Made by a program: the position numbers and the translations under genes
The notes under the pieces: generated by a model
Databases searched by the model: none
Seen by the model: the letters and a program-made list of their open reading frames with translations, nothing else
What the model was told of the DNA's origin: nothing
DNA from: Phoronis australis
Taxonomy: Eukaryota; Animalia; Phoronida
Length of the DNA stretch: 64,000 nt
Direction of reading: 5' to 3'
Assembly: GCA_002633005.1 (NCBI GenBank)
Contig: NMRA01000979.1
Location: 1 to 64,000 of the forward strand
In this document: positions 1 to 14,200 of the stretch, one piece after another
Numbering within the stretch: the stretch's first letter is position 1
How the letters are laid out: each line of letters begins with the position of its first letter

Positions 1-2158
1 CAAACACGGATCACGTTCAAGTTTCGTTTCATATCGACAGGAACGACGGTGTAATACAACTGTTTAAAGTCGTGGTTCAAACGTAGGCTACGTCAAAACT
101 AGATTCTGGCAAGCTAATTGTCAGTCGTAAAATTCCCCCATCGCCCCGCCCATTCCATCTAGTGACACAATCTTAGAAAAACGAAGAAAATTACCGCTTG
201 TAATCAAGACCGTCTAACCGATATGCCGGGTGAATTGCATGATTTGTTCGTAAGCTTTACTGCGACTTCAAGGACGGCTGTGCCTTTCTGAGTAAAGATG
301 TGGCGTTTCGAAGCCAGAGAGTGCAGGGACGTTTATTTGGTCGTAAGAGGAAGACCGGGACAAGTTTCCACTGAAAAGTTGCACAGTGCGCACTTAAACA
401 CTAATTGATAATAAAACTTGCTTATTGCAACGCAGTCTTGAATGCCTATTTTAAAACCGACTCATTTTTCATGGGCCAACTAAGATTTAGGTATTCCAAA
501 ATGGCCACCTAACTCTGAATGAGCTCCTTGAACAATGTCTGCAATTGCAGCAAGTGGGCGAAAATTGATGTCTTTGATTGGTTGACAAGGTAGAGTTTAA
601 CTTCTTATAATTCATAAGAAATGGAGCGAGGATGTACGCTCAGCGTCACTAGCAAAGTCACCGGGCGGGGAGTCGTGATTCCCACGTCGGTTATCACAAG
701 TTGTGTATTTCACGACGAGACTGTTCTACGTTCATGTACTTTTTTGACAGCTATTGCGTTCTTAAGGTCGGAATAGATGGGAAGGTCTCAGCTTGCTCGA
801 CCTTCTGTGAACCCTAGCAGTTGATCTGAAATCTTGACATGAAAATCTTAAACAAAATGAGTAACACGTGTCTACAATATTTATTCCGTTAACTCACACA
901 ACCTGTGCCTTGTCCAAGAAGGAGTGGTTTGAGTGCTGTCAGCAGCAGCCTTGGACAAAGAAAACGAACCAATAAACAAACATACAAGTATACCTTTCCC
1001 TAGATAAGGAAACAGCTTTCAGTAGCGAATCTGCTAAATTCTCAACGCACAGTGCCACCATTCTCAAGAGGGCAATCAGTATAACAATATTGAAAGCGTA
1101 AGTTATACACCAAATATACCTTAACTAGGCCAACAAAACGATATTAGAAAGAAAACGCGGTTGTGTCCGCAAGTTCATAAATAAAAATCGCCGCTCTGCG
1201 AGATTCATGTTTCGCTTAACATATTGCATTTCATCACTAGGACAGCTAGAAGCTAATTCTGAAAACTGCGAAGTCTGCGTCGCCAACCATCGTTTCTTTC
1301 AACAACTTAACCAGCAGACTCCAAGAACCAATCTAAGCACAAGCTCAAGTACATGTATAAGTGACCCTTTATATGGTCGTCAAACAAAGCACTAATCCGC
1401 ATGAACATAATAACAAGCACACTGCACTAACTTGGAGGCATTCGCACAAAAAATTTCGACTCGAAGATTGGTCGTAATACATGAAGGATGGGTCACTGAA
1501 GGTAAAGAGTATTAGACTAAAATGTGAGCAGCGTCCTACTAGGCGGGTTCATAAGGGGGGGGGGGGCAAGGCGCCAGCATGCCGTTTTCAGAGGTAGCAC
1601 AAACGTTTTCCCTTAAAAGTTGCCATTAGGCCGCCCTTTCTACATCGTCGATTCGCTCCGGTACACGGCGCAGATCGAAGTTGCAGCCGTCTCGCCTGAC
1701 TTAATAACCAACTTCTTGATCTAGTGTTACTACTGTAGCGTGTAAGAAACGAAACAGGGTAGAGTCCAGTAGCTGTCTTTCGGCAAGAAAAATGTATCCA
1801 AAATCACGTGTTCTTATTGAAAATACAAGGCAGCACCTCGCGTAATTTCGCGAAGTCTTACATTTTTCGCGAGGTCCTAATGTTACTAAATTCTACCCAG
1901 TTCTACAGGGCACAAGTACGACAGATGAAACACTCACTAAGTGTAACTCCAATAGAGCTTTGACCACGTTACCAACTTTGAGTGGCCGGCCACGGGCAAA
2001 AACTTAGTGTGCACTTCACCGTTCGAATACAGCCAGTGTCGTGACATATACATCATTTTCCCGTCCAGTCAGCTGCATAATCAGGAAGTTCACTGCACTT
2101 CGGAATGCAAATAGCAAGGTTGTCCGAAATGTCGCTGCACACTGCAGGCAACGACGTA

Positions 2159-2233
2159 TTACCGGAAGTTCGCATAAGTTTCAAAGGACTCCAAAAACCG
2201 CTGGGCCATCAAATATAGAGACTTGTACTGTTC
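2159..2233 (-). CDS. RPTP terminal exon (D2 end, YANF tail, stop)
   Basis: ttttccag acceptor; [24 protein letters not shown]. Confidence 0.9.
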   Translation of the reverse strand, partial: EQYKSLYLMAQRFLESFETYANFR

Positions 2234-5200
2234 CTGGAAAATGGGAGGAAAAACATTCAAAACCACATCAAAATCAATGAAATCGTGCAAGTATAAATGA
2301 TGACGCAGTAGTTCCAAAGCCACTTCAGAACTTGTCTCACGAGTGTCACGCGTGGGTGAGAAACCGAAATATACAATGAGTGTGTACCTTTCAAATCAAT
2401 GTTTTGTTACAACTCTGTGGCATTGCCAAAAGTTTGTGTACTTCCGCGCTCAGTCGGAACACATCGGTTACAAAATGGAAACAGTCCACCGCACAAAAAG
2501 TGTGCGTGTCCGTGAACTCAAAGTACGCCTCCTGTGCAATTAAGGGACCGGAAAACGAAAAACGGACAAATTGCACTAGTCAAAATAGTTCTGTGCTACT
2601 GAAACAGAATTCAACCTGTTCACTACGTAATTTTACGATTTGTTCGTAAAGATTTTGAATTTCTGTTGATTTCACAACATTTTTCGATCTGCCAACTGCT
2701 TGTCACTTCGTTGCTTTTTCTACCTCAGGGCAAAGCACGTCTCTTTATTTGGATGGCAAGACATAGACGTAGCACATTTCTCTTATATAGAAAATGTGAC
2801 CTTTGACATTTGATGTAAACAAAACAATAGCGACTTCAAGCAGCAGTCCGTTCCAGTAAGATGCAATTGGTGTAAGGCCCAACTGTTCAAAATTAGTTAT
2901 AACGGTATCGTAGTATTAAAACATACATGCATTCCAAAATGCACTTCCAATTATTTTTTCTCGAAAATTGCTTGCTTCACTGGCTTGGCTCACTCTGTGC
3001 TATAGATCTCAGATTCAAAGTGTAATCCCACGTGATAATCTGACCTTAGTATCTATCTTCTTAGTCCGCTGTCGAATGAGGGCGTACGCGCATTTACCGT
3101 AAGTGAGAGGAAGATTGGAAACTCTGTGGTAACTAAAAAGTTTTTTCCGTGGCGGATATTTCAAAAATATAGTGAATTTTGTGATTTTCTGGAAATTTCC
3201 TCACGGGAAAAAAGTGAATAACTCTGGAGTAGACGTTGCGATATGGTACTTTCGTCGAGAATTGTTTGAAAGATATTTTTGACGAGTTTTCGCGTTCCAT
3301 GATTCCTTAAATCAAGCCGACACAGGCATTCATTCACTAACGACCCCTCTTACACGCCGCATATACAAACCGGTGCAAATTGCAGACTTGTAGATCTACA
3401 CAAATAATACGTACAGCAGAAAACCCATAAAAGCGTCCAAAAACGGTGTTATCGGCAAACATCGACAGGTGATTTGAACAGAGTCATGTCTGAAATATAA
3501 CTTACAATATCGCCGACAAACTCTGGTCTGTTTGATCGTGTACTCTTTACGGTATGGAAAACATCAACGCCCTGTTCCAATTTGATCTTATCAAACAGAT
3601 TCACCATAGCGCAGAAGAAACCGCTGCGCGTACACCCGTCTCTGTAAACGGAACAAGAATAAGTCAGAAGGCACAGCGTGGTGTGACGAATGCAGAATTT
3701 TGGGTTTATGTTGGAGAACGCGGGGCATCTCGTTATATCGCCGATAAGAATGAGTTTCAAAACATATTCGTCTTAAGAATAGATGTAACAGATTTGATTT
3801 TAGCTAGTTTTGACGCTGGGAATTGATCTTCTAACAGAGAACGAAGTGATATTCACTAGATGCATGTGATTGGTTCCAAATAACAATCAGACATTCCGAT
3901 TGGTTCGTGTTGAGAAATGCCTAGGTGTACTTGCTTCACAACCCCCATCTGTTGCTACTCGCAGTCGTTCCAAGCACAAGATCATCCATTCTACGCAAAC
4001 TCGTGTTTTTCAATTGGCACAAGCACAGTTTCAAAACGCCAGACAAAACAAGAAAACGATCAACTATACGGTGTACATTAGAGACTTTTCAGCAACATAT
4101 GCATGGGTGGCGCACCACTGAAAAAAGTGGGGGAGCTATAGCCCCCAGCCCCCTATGGTGCGCCGCCCATGATATGTCTAGGACAGACGTCCTAACCCCG
4201 ACATGGGTACTGATGGCCACACACAGAATTTCGTGTGTCAATCATTCCATAGGACCACAATACCCGTGTACTGTGGGTAGGTGGCGCTGTGATACAGAAG
4301 GACAGTTTTCCCAGTGAATGCAAAAAGACGGTGAATAGATTTTCTGAGATTGCACAACTGATTTCTTTGATTTCGACAAACTTCACACAACGAGCACAAT
4401 TTCGGCTACTTCATCGTTTGGTTGACCACAACACACAGTTTGCTTGACCAGCCGAACTGATCACGCTTGAGGCCAAAATTCAACCTCTGTTCTAAATTTA
4501 AATTAAACTGGGTCAGTTTCCCTATTTTTGTGCCAGAGGATGTTTACGTACAGGTTTGGAGGAACCGTGCATAAATTTTCTCCAAGACTAGGTCCAAGTT
4601 CAGTGGTATAGGTATACTGGTAACAGTTTTCGAAAGAAAAAATCGCGTCACCCTTAGGCATGATGCAGGGAATTGTTACTTTTTTTGTCGTACCCATAGA
4701 TCTGCCAATAAGGTACTCACAAACAATGAATGGTAGCTGGTTTCTTGTCCGTTTTCCTTAGTCGGTTTTCCACAAGGTCGTATAGTTCTATGAGTGCAGG
4801 CTGAATAGCAGAAGGCGGTATTCTTTGGTTAGTGGGCCAGTTGGTGAGTTCAAATTGCTCGATCTGGCGAGGAGGACTGCTCGCCTACAAAACAAGCGCA
4901 CAATAAACTCTTACACACCTTCGAACATGTGATGCGTAACATTGGGGGAAGTTACGGTTTGTTTAAAGAGCAACAAGTCTGAGGAACTGAAAAGGCATCC
5001 CAGAAATTTTAATACTAGATATTAACTATGATACGGAACTCGGATAAGGAATACTCACCGTCTTGGTGTCCATAAAATTAAACGTTCTGTGAATTATTAG
5101 CTCGTTGTGCTCGAACCTTTTAGCCACGGTCTCGATTCTGAAACGTCCGTACTGAACTGCACCCTCTTCAGCCCAGTACCGGGCAGAGGTCTACAATACA

Positions 5201-8200
5201 CAAAAAGCTAGAAAAAGGAACAGTGATCTTAACACCGCGACACTGTATGTCATCTACCGCATAAAATTGTTTCCCCATGTTCCACGACGGGGGCAAAGAG
5301 TTTGGCTACAGACACACCGTGGTGGAGTTAACCCGGTTTTACAGCGGTTACTGGACCCTGACTCCACGACTCTACTGGACATTGAAAGGGAGGTAAATGT
5401 TCCCTGACCAGCGTATGGTCGACGTGTAAACTTGGTGATGGCATTCGTTTACCGCTAGGCTATTTCGGCAGTGTACAGGGGTGTGGTTGACAAATTTACG
5501 GATGGTACAGATTTCCTACGGTTAGCTCACCTACGTGTTACTGGTCTTCGGCGCTGATAAAGATTAGCTAGACTTGGAACATCATTTAAAGTATTTAGAT
5601 GGATGGCAAGACGTTCTGGACTCCCAGAAAATAGGTTGAAATTTGAATCCCATGTCAAACCCGTTGTCATCACCACACGGCAGTTCATCCTTTGTAATTT
5701 CCTGCTTTGGATAAATGTTGCGCCACAGATTGGTTTGTTCTTCACACACCTCATTCACTATTCCAGTAAGAGGATCTCTGTTTTTTTGGAAACATTTTCT
5801 TGTTTTTTATAACAATTATGTCTTTCAGTACCCTCGAGCTCGTTCACACCATTCCAGAGCGCGTTCTGCAGATTGTCTATTCGGTGAGCTTCAAATAACT
5901 AATTTTCATTCGCCTAGTTTTGTTCAACTTTACATTTTAAGTCCCCTGCTCTAGCTTACAAACATATTTTACGACTAGCTAGACTCTTTGAAACAAAAAT
6001 ATGCTACATGTATGTAACCCTAGTAAACACCATGTTATATCCCACAGGGTAAATAATATAATCGAAGGTGGCAGAACACACTTCGGTTGAAATCATTAAA
6101 GCAGGGAACTGCTACACTTGTGACAGGCAGCTCAGTGCATATCGAACGTATCCCTTGGCAACCTTGAGAGCTTTAACCGGAAGCAGTATCCAAACGAAAC
6201 GCAGCCAGCGGTACTCACACAATACAACCCTCACGTACCCTCCCTTACCTTATCATCACCATCACTAGCGTTCAACATGACAATGGTGCTACTGTCGTGG
6301 TCGTACATCATTCGCCAGAAATCAAATACAGTATTCGGCAAAGGCATTTGGGTGACTATGAACGTGTCCCGGTGTTGAAACCCCTAAAACATCCAGTATA
6401 CGAAAAGATGTACATGTATTGTTATTAATATTTGATTTCAATCGTATAGATAAATACAAGAGATGGCGTTACTGCCCACAAACAGAATTACCATTAAACC
6501 GGTGCAAGATCGCGTCTTCCAAATTCACCAAAAAGTTAATGCAGCCCCTTTTCTGAAATTTGCACTTTAGATCGTCTCCAAAGGCTATAGGATATAACCA
6601 CTAAACTAGCAAATACTTCCTAATCCTAATGTGTACGTGGAGCATGTGAGTATTAGCACTTTAAAATAATCCAAATGCTGAAGGAAATCAGACTCTAGTT
6701 AAAGGTTGGAAATAAAGAGAGCATTCTAAGACTTGTTACTTACGTTCACAAAGATGGCGTTGATGTAGTCAGTCGACCCATCTCCACCCGGGGTCAGTAG
6801 GTACGGACGTGCCCGACCAACTGAAAGAGAACAGGGCAGAGTTCAGTAACGCTAGGACCTCGCTAAAAAGCAAGACTTCGCGAGATTACGTGAGATTTTA
6901 TCGTGCATTGGCTAGATTTAAGCAAGGTGTTAGCATAGGTCCTAGCGTTACTGAACTCTACCCTAGCTGGTCGTATGGAAATAACAGTATGATCTTGAGA
7001 TGATAGCAACAGTTCCGGTGTCAAAAGCAATCCGTTGGGAAGAATCGTAAGTGCAACTACCATGAGTCAAAGTAAGAGAGAAAATTGTTTTCCTAGTTTG
7101 CTTCACTGATGAGGCACAGTTCCATCATCAATAAGCAGATTTTGAGATTCTGAACTGGATAAAATGCTCATGTGAATGTAGTTTTTCGAGAAAGTCAGTC
7201 TGGTGTTCCGAGTACTCACGGCTACACGGCTGAAATTGATGAATTATTGAATTTTGTTCAGAGATTCAAACAAAACAGAAGACTATGAGCATTAAATCTA
7301 GTTCGTTATTGTCAGCTCTGTATCCAAATCAGTTCTGTCCAGTATTCCGATTTGCAAGGGTGCCTTTGAGTGAAAGTGATCAATTTACAATTGAAACCTC
7401 TTTCGAGGAGAAAGGGTGGAGCGGAAGCAGAATCGTAAGGCAGTTAACAGGAAACAGTTTCACAAACTCTAATACTAAACGCAATTTACGTCAGCAAACG
7501 AATTTCTTGCTAAAACACGAATACAGCTATTAAATGATAAGTTATTTTTGTGTAGTAGTAACTGTTTCAAGACAGGTCCTTTTTCTCCAACCACACAATT
7601 TTTGTTCCACGTGCACTCGGTGTAACTGCACCGACAGTGACAGAGGAATCTTTAGGAAAGCCTTTCTGTTTATTACTGTTGCATGAATGTTGCTGGTATC
7701 TCTATAAAATTGTCGTAGCATTACACTATACATAGCCTTTTAATAAAAGCAACGAACCACAGAAAGTCCATACGACAGAAAGTACCTAGGGGAGATAACA
7801 CAGGCCTACTCGTTGCATTCCAAAGTTTGCGTCGCTGTAGACTGTTGAGGACGGAGGCCATCAACATGGCGACAGTTCTGGCGCAAATGACCTACCAGTA
7901 AAGGATGACTGTTTCAGGATTTCTTACCAAGAAAAAGAACTATGAGTTTGTTATATACTGTTACTGAAATAATTACATTCTACAACAGCAAAGCAATACA
8001 ATATTTTCCTAATCACAGAAATAACTCACGAGGCAAGATTTGGGGGAAACGATTCTTTTTCGCATTCACAGGAAGCCTTCCCGCTGCACATTCCTCCGGA
8101 TCACACGATGGACACAGACGTTGGAGGGTCTGCAATACAAATCGGAAATTCTAACTTAGTGAAAAATATGTTGACTATTTCAAAAGGTAGACCGCTCAGG

Positions 8201-11200
8201 CAATAGACATGGAACCAAGGAGCCTGCAGCATGCCAGTGTAAAGGTTAGTAGAGGCTATGAGAACATTTCACCAATTAAAATAGTAGGATGTGTTCAATC
8301 AGTCGGACACTATAATATAAACGTTTCTTAAGTTTCACTAGTTCGTGTTTCATTTATTTTACGATCAAATTTATATTTTTATGAATCGGACTGGGTTTCC
8401 GCGGAAACCTCAGTACATATGGCGGCAGATGAGTAAGAACCCATCATGCATAGATCACCTGTGGTGTTCCACTGAATGTAAACATGAAATTTAAAAATTC
8501 AATTAAGTTTAAAAATATTTAGATTTGTGTTGAATGTTCATCTTTAGGATTAGGTTTCGACAGAAATAACCTGCGTTAAATCTTTTTTTTGTGAAATTTT
8601 TACCTACAATGAAGCGGAAAACAATTTAATAAGCAGGTGGTCGAAATGTAAAATTTATAGGTGGTATCTGCGTGAAACAAATGTTCACCGACAAAGGGTT
8701 ATCTTGATTGCAAATTCCTGCTAAGAATGAACATGTGACCAGAGCAACATCGTATCTTCAGTAATTTTCAGATAAAAAACAGTAAAGCTCGACTAAGATT
8801 TCCGACAGTGAAACGAAATAAAATATATTACATGTACAAAGTTTCCGTTACTCGTTAATGATGTTGTCAAAAATCGGCTGTCGTCTGCTAACGTATCAAA
8901 ACTAACCTCTGGGAAAGTTGTCTTGATAACTGTTACTGATGGCTGCCTCACACAGCGTCTCTTTATCGTTTCATTTCGAACTTTTTGCCATGTTCACAAC
9001 TATTTCCGTCATAGACTAGTCAATACATAACCTATGGTTTCATACAAGAAGACTGCCCGCTATGCGTTTAGCAAATCTCTGTGATATCGATGGCACTGAC
9101 TGTAATATAGTCGTGAGATTGAAGTCCCGCAAATGTGCATGTTCAACTCGCCCGAGGGGAACACTGAGGTTTCGAAAGTACCGCTGACCTCCTCTCAAAA
9201 ATGAGTAAAGTGAATGCGAAAGGCCGCACACGGCATACATTAATATGGACGGAGCAAAAATAAATATTTAATGATCCACGATCCAGCTATCGATAGCCTA
9301 TCAATGGATTTTGGGGGAACAATGGGCGGAGCAAAACTAAGCGATGACCGACTTTGATTTCGTTTCCCGTTTGTGTACGAACAGTAACAGTTCAGACCTG
9401 TCTGACGCTTGTGTGAGAATGGCTAACGAACAATTAGAACGGATCACATATTCGGATTGGAACAAGTTGAAACCAGGGGATCATTTGCTGTTTAATAATG
9501 GATGGTTTATCCACCATGCCATTTTGATTGAAGTCAATATTAAGAGGCGTCAGTTAAAGGTTATTCACTACTCGAGAAATTCATCTTTGAATAGTTCTCC
9601 CAGTGGACTTTCGCGCAGTTGCGGGAGTACGTCCGGTGGGTCGTCCCTTAGCTCAAGCAGTTTGTCCAGCAAGTCCAGTGCACCGTGGCTCAGTTTAAGT
9701 GGATTGATGTGGTCTATTGGTGGTGGTATGGTGCCCGGACTTTTCATGAGCGTAAATGAAGAATGGGTGGACGTGGGTCCCGAGGAAGTTATGGAAAGAG
9801 ACGTTAGTCCCGCCGAGTATCCGCCAGATGAAATAATTAAGAGGGCAAGACAAAGATTGGGAGAAAGCCAGTATAAACTATTCATGAATAACTGTGAACA
9901 TTTTGTTCAATACGTAAAGCGAGGTGTTTCTGAAAGTACCCAAGTGAATCGTTGGCTGCGGCCATATCGCTATTTCTTCCCTAAGCATTACTAAATAAAC
10001 CAAGGTAACAGTTTTCTTAGATCTATTTTCAAAACAGATGTCCCTGGTGACAACTATAATGTCTGTCGGTGTTCACGGCGCAACGTCTCAACAGGCCCGA
10101 TACCCAGAGGTCTACAACGTGTGTGGAGCACGACGATATACATGTACATGTATGCCTCAAGAACTGTTCTCGTGAAAGCAAGAATTTTTGTCACCGTCAG
10201 TGTCAGTCGAATGCATTTTGAAAGGGTAACGATAATCACAGCGACACTTGCAAACATTGCTGAGAGCATAGAGGGTGCAGCTTTTACGTATTGGACCCTA
10301 TTGCCTTTGCTCTCATATGCACCTGTCTTGGGTTTTCCAAGAAATTTAAACTAGCAACTGCATGAATGAACTTCAAATGCAGTGATACTGACGTGTATTT
10401 TAAGGCCATTGTTGATCTATGTGAACAACAGCTTGAGTGTATATGCTGACTGAAATCTTGAATGAGACCAAAGAATTGATGGCCTACATATGTTATATCG
10501 ACGATTTATACAATGTATGTATTGGGAAGTCACTGAATTCCGTGAGTCCCCCAGAGGATCTTTACCGGTTATGTCAACCGATGTTTACAAAAAATGTTCA
10601 GATCTCCCACAAATGTTTAACAAAATTGTTATTTTTTCTAAATGGTTGTAAAGGGTATGACTTGAATGAAGATGGGGTTTCATTCGAAATAGTTTCACAA
10701 TTTCGTTTTAATATTAAACCACTTTCTTTGAGTATATAGACCCTGACTGTAAAATAGGTATTGATTTATTTGTATTCATATTCATATTTACATTTAATAC
10801 ATATCATTATAATCTTAACATTAGTTCATCAATTGATGTATGTGTGTATAATTGTATATAGATTTCTTTGTATAGTAGTACTTTGCACAGATAGATGACC
10901 TTTTATGTTTTTCATATTTCCATTAACTTTGTTCAGATAACGAGCTTGGTCAGATTTAGACGGATGTGCACAGTCCAGTTTAGTATCAATAGCGGACATG
11001 TGGTTGAAGAACGGGTACTGTAAATCTGAAAAAACGCGAACCCGTCAAAATGTAAAATGAGCACGTAATTGGTTACATGTTATGTTTTGTAATATTGGCC
11101 AATGGCTTTATTACCTGAAAAATGACTAAAATGCAATGCGACGCACCTTCGTGGCATACCTGATAGAACATAGCGTAGTCCAATAGCGTGATCAGGCTCA

Positions 11201-14200
11201 CCTGTGGTCACGCACACGAAGTAGGTGGGGTCGTTCATTCCATTGGCGATGGGTAATAGTGTAGGACAATGAATTAAACGGTACAAACGAGGGTAAGAGA
11301 ATCTTTACAAATCGCAGGCCCGTAGCCAGGGGGTTTCGAAGGGTTCGATCGAACGTCCAGTCCATAAGGATATAGATGGGCGACAGTGATAACTAAGTTA
11401 AACATTATTTTGAAATTGCTTCTCATTCAAAGCGCTTCACGTGGCATCGGGCCGTACCCCGAAACTTCGGCAGAATAGTGTTTGTACAGATGACAGGAGA
11501 TCGTGCAGACGATAAGAGGAGGCTTGATAGTGCGGTAAAGTGCAGGCATTTTCAAATTTTGAAAAAAATGATCATCAAATATGCAAATAAGTTGTTCATC
11601 GACTGTCCACTCTGTGGATTGATGGATTGACATGCATGCGTGTACACGTGTGTGCGTTTCCTTTCTCTTAAATTCAGTACATTCTGATAGTTCACTACAG
11701 GCAGTCCTCTCTCGTGCTCAAAAACCAGATATTCATCTATTGTGTTTCCTTGCACTGCGAAAACTCCATCAATCATTTTCACCTTATTAAGGAAAGGAAG
11801 GCCTAGGCCTCAAGTTAGGTCAATGAATAAAGTCTCCTCTTGTCAATCAGTGTCCATGGTGTACAACCCCCAGACTTCATTCGAGCAACAAACTTGATGG
11901 AAAACATTTCCAAGGTTACATGTCAGGCTACTTGTATGCCGAAGATTCACTACTCCAAAGGCTCACTATGACTCCGAAGATTCTCCACCTTCGAAAATTC
12001 ACGAATTTCCAAACCAGAACTTCGAGAGGTCACTACTCTGATTGTCTGCTCATGACTCATTCTCAAACATGAAGAGAAAACATCTGGGGCATGGATACAT
12101 GGGCGGTGTACCATAGGGGACAGCGAAGCCCCCACTTATTTCGGTGCTGCGCTGCCCATGGGCAAAGGTGGAGCGCACCATAGGGGTCTGAGGGGCTATA
12201 GTCCCTCATATATTTCATTGCTGCGTTGCCCATGAGATCAGGGATGCGACGACCAACGACGGTTTTAAATTTAAGAAGACTGAATGGGACTCCCTGATTT
12301 CTTGAAGACAGGCAGGACAGGGTGGCCCACTAACTACATTTAGTTTCGACTCGGCATGCGCGAGGTTCCTTGGGTGAGGTTGAAACGCAGCGGTCCTAAA
12401 CTTTTCAGTCGCGCTGCGATGCGATTTTGAGATGAATTTGATGATTGAGTCGTGGTTGATAATTCCTCAATATTTCTACTTTGTATTCTGTTAAAAATGC
12501 AAATGCTTACTCATTTTTCCGTGTTAAGACATGAGGGCAATTTCGCATGCACATTGAAAATGAATTTAGACAGTGACCACCATATCTACATGTAGTTGTA
12601 CTGGCCAGCTAGACGGCATGCGCGCAACCGGGGGGGGGGGGGGGGGGGGGGNAAAAGGCAGGAACTACCAAATTCCGCGAATGCATAATTCTTAACTCTG
12701 GACGTAGCCTCTTTTTAGTAAAAGGTCTCCCATTGTTTAGGCTGAGTGCGCGCATGGTCGGTAGTCACTGTCTACATGAAATTCAAACAAAGTGTTTTAG
12801 TACCCGGGCGTTGTTTAAGATACATCTGCTAACAGAAGTTTCGTTTATTTGTTGCATGTGAAAGTATTAAAATTACACCTACATGTAAGTCAGAAAGTTT
12901 AGATATCTTTAGAGCAGTGAACCTGAGGAGTAGCGAATCTTCAAAGTCATGAACCTTCGGAGTAGTAAACCCTCGGAATAGTGGGCTGTTCCCATTTCCA
13001 GCGATGTAAGAAACTTCAGTAACGCGCAAAACAACAAGTTAAAAAAAAATTCGTCAAGTCGTTCCCTGACTAAAATTCATTTTTCCGTCCGAGCATGTAA
13101 TGATGTGTAATCAACCATTTAAGCAAGAATGATTTGAAATTTTGGCAGGGGGTAACGAGAGACCGTTCTCTTGCTGGACCACCTTACATCGTAATTTGTC
13201 ACCTGTGTCCCGTTCTTTGCGAGCAACCGTAACAGCACCCTCATTTCTAGTATTACAAGCTCCGTCTCATCTCAGAAACATCTCAGAAACATACATGTAG
13301 AGCTGGGAGTCATCGTCGTGTGTACAGATTTTCCTTCCCCCTAATTAAGCTGCGTCAAAGGCCTTACCGAAAACACTACACAGTCGATGTTTGTAAAATA
13401 TCAAACGTCCACCGTTCTAGAAAATCGAACCACCCCTCGCACAATGCTGGCTACTGACCTGGATCGCCATACATGCCTCAGCACCAATAGGGATCGTGGC
13501 AGGTCCATACTATCAATAATGTACCAGCAACCGTTGGACCCCCTGAAACTACATGTAAGCAAACGCTTCGGAAGCGCGATACGTACGCCACGACAAACAG
13601 AGTGAAGAAGACGGCGGGTCGTCATCGAAGGGCTCTCTATTTGTGAGCGCACAGTAACATTTCACTGACGTTGATTTGGGCCTCGAATATCTATAATGAC
13701 CTTGGAGATGAAGGTTTCAATGGCATAACGTACTGGGCAAACGAACAAAACAGGAACGTGAAGGAGAACTGTCTACACATTTGACATTATGCCTTCACTA
13801 TCAATTTCAATCAGTTTCGAAAATAAAAAAAATCCCTTGTATCAAGAATCCGCTTAAACGCACTTTTCCCCTTCATTTTAATAAAAACTTTACAAAACGG
13901 GCTTCAACGCAAATTGGAAATTAAAACCCAAATAATTTTCTTTCAACAGGTCATTCACCGAAAAATAACTAAACACATTTTAAAGCTACATGCTCCTTGT
14001 TTACCTGGCAAAGAAACGAAACTGAAATTAGGCTTTAAACTCTGAAAAAGTCGGTCTCAAAATTCCTTGCCACGAAAGGACTTGTTTCATGTGAACGAGA
14101 AGACTATATAGTAAGTCAAGAAACGCGTTGGAAAATTGTCGTGCATATCATTTTTCAAGCAGACTGACGAAATGTCGTCGATTACCCCATCAAAGATACT

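Noticed and set aside
8805-8980. GAAA-N-GAAA IRF-like motifs upstream of the nested gene
   Set aside because: Spacing is not the canonical GAAANNGAAA, and such motifs are common in AT-rich DNA.
9568-9885. Minus-strand 105-aa ORF
   Set aside because: Antisense shadow of the PLAAT-like CDS.
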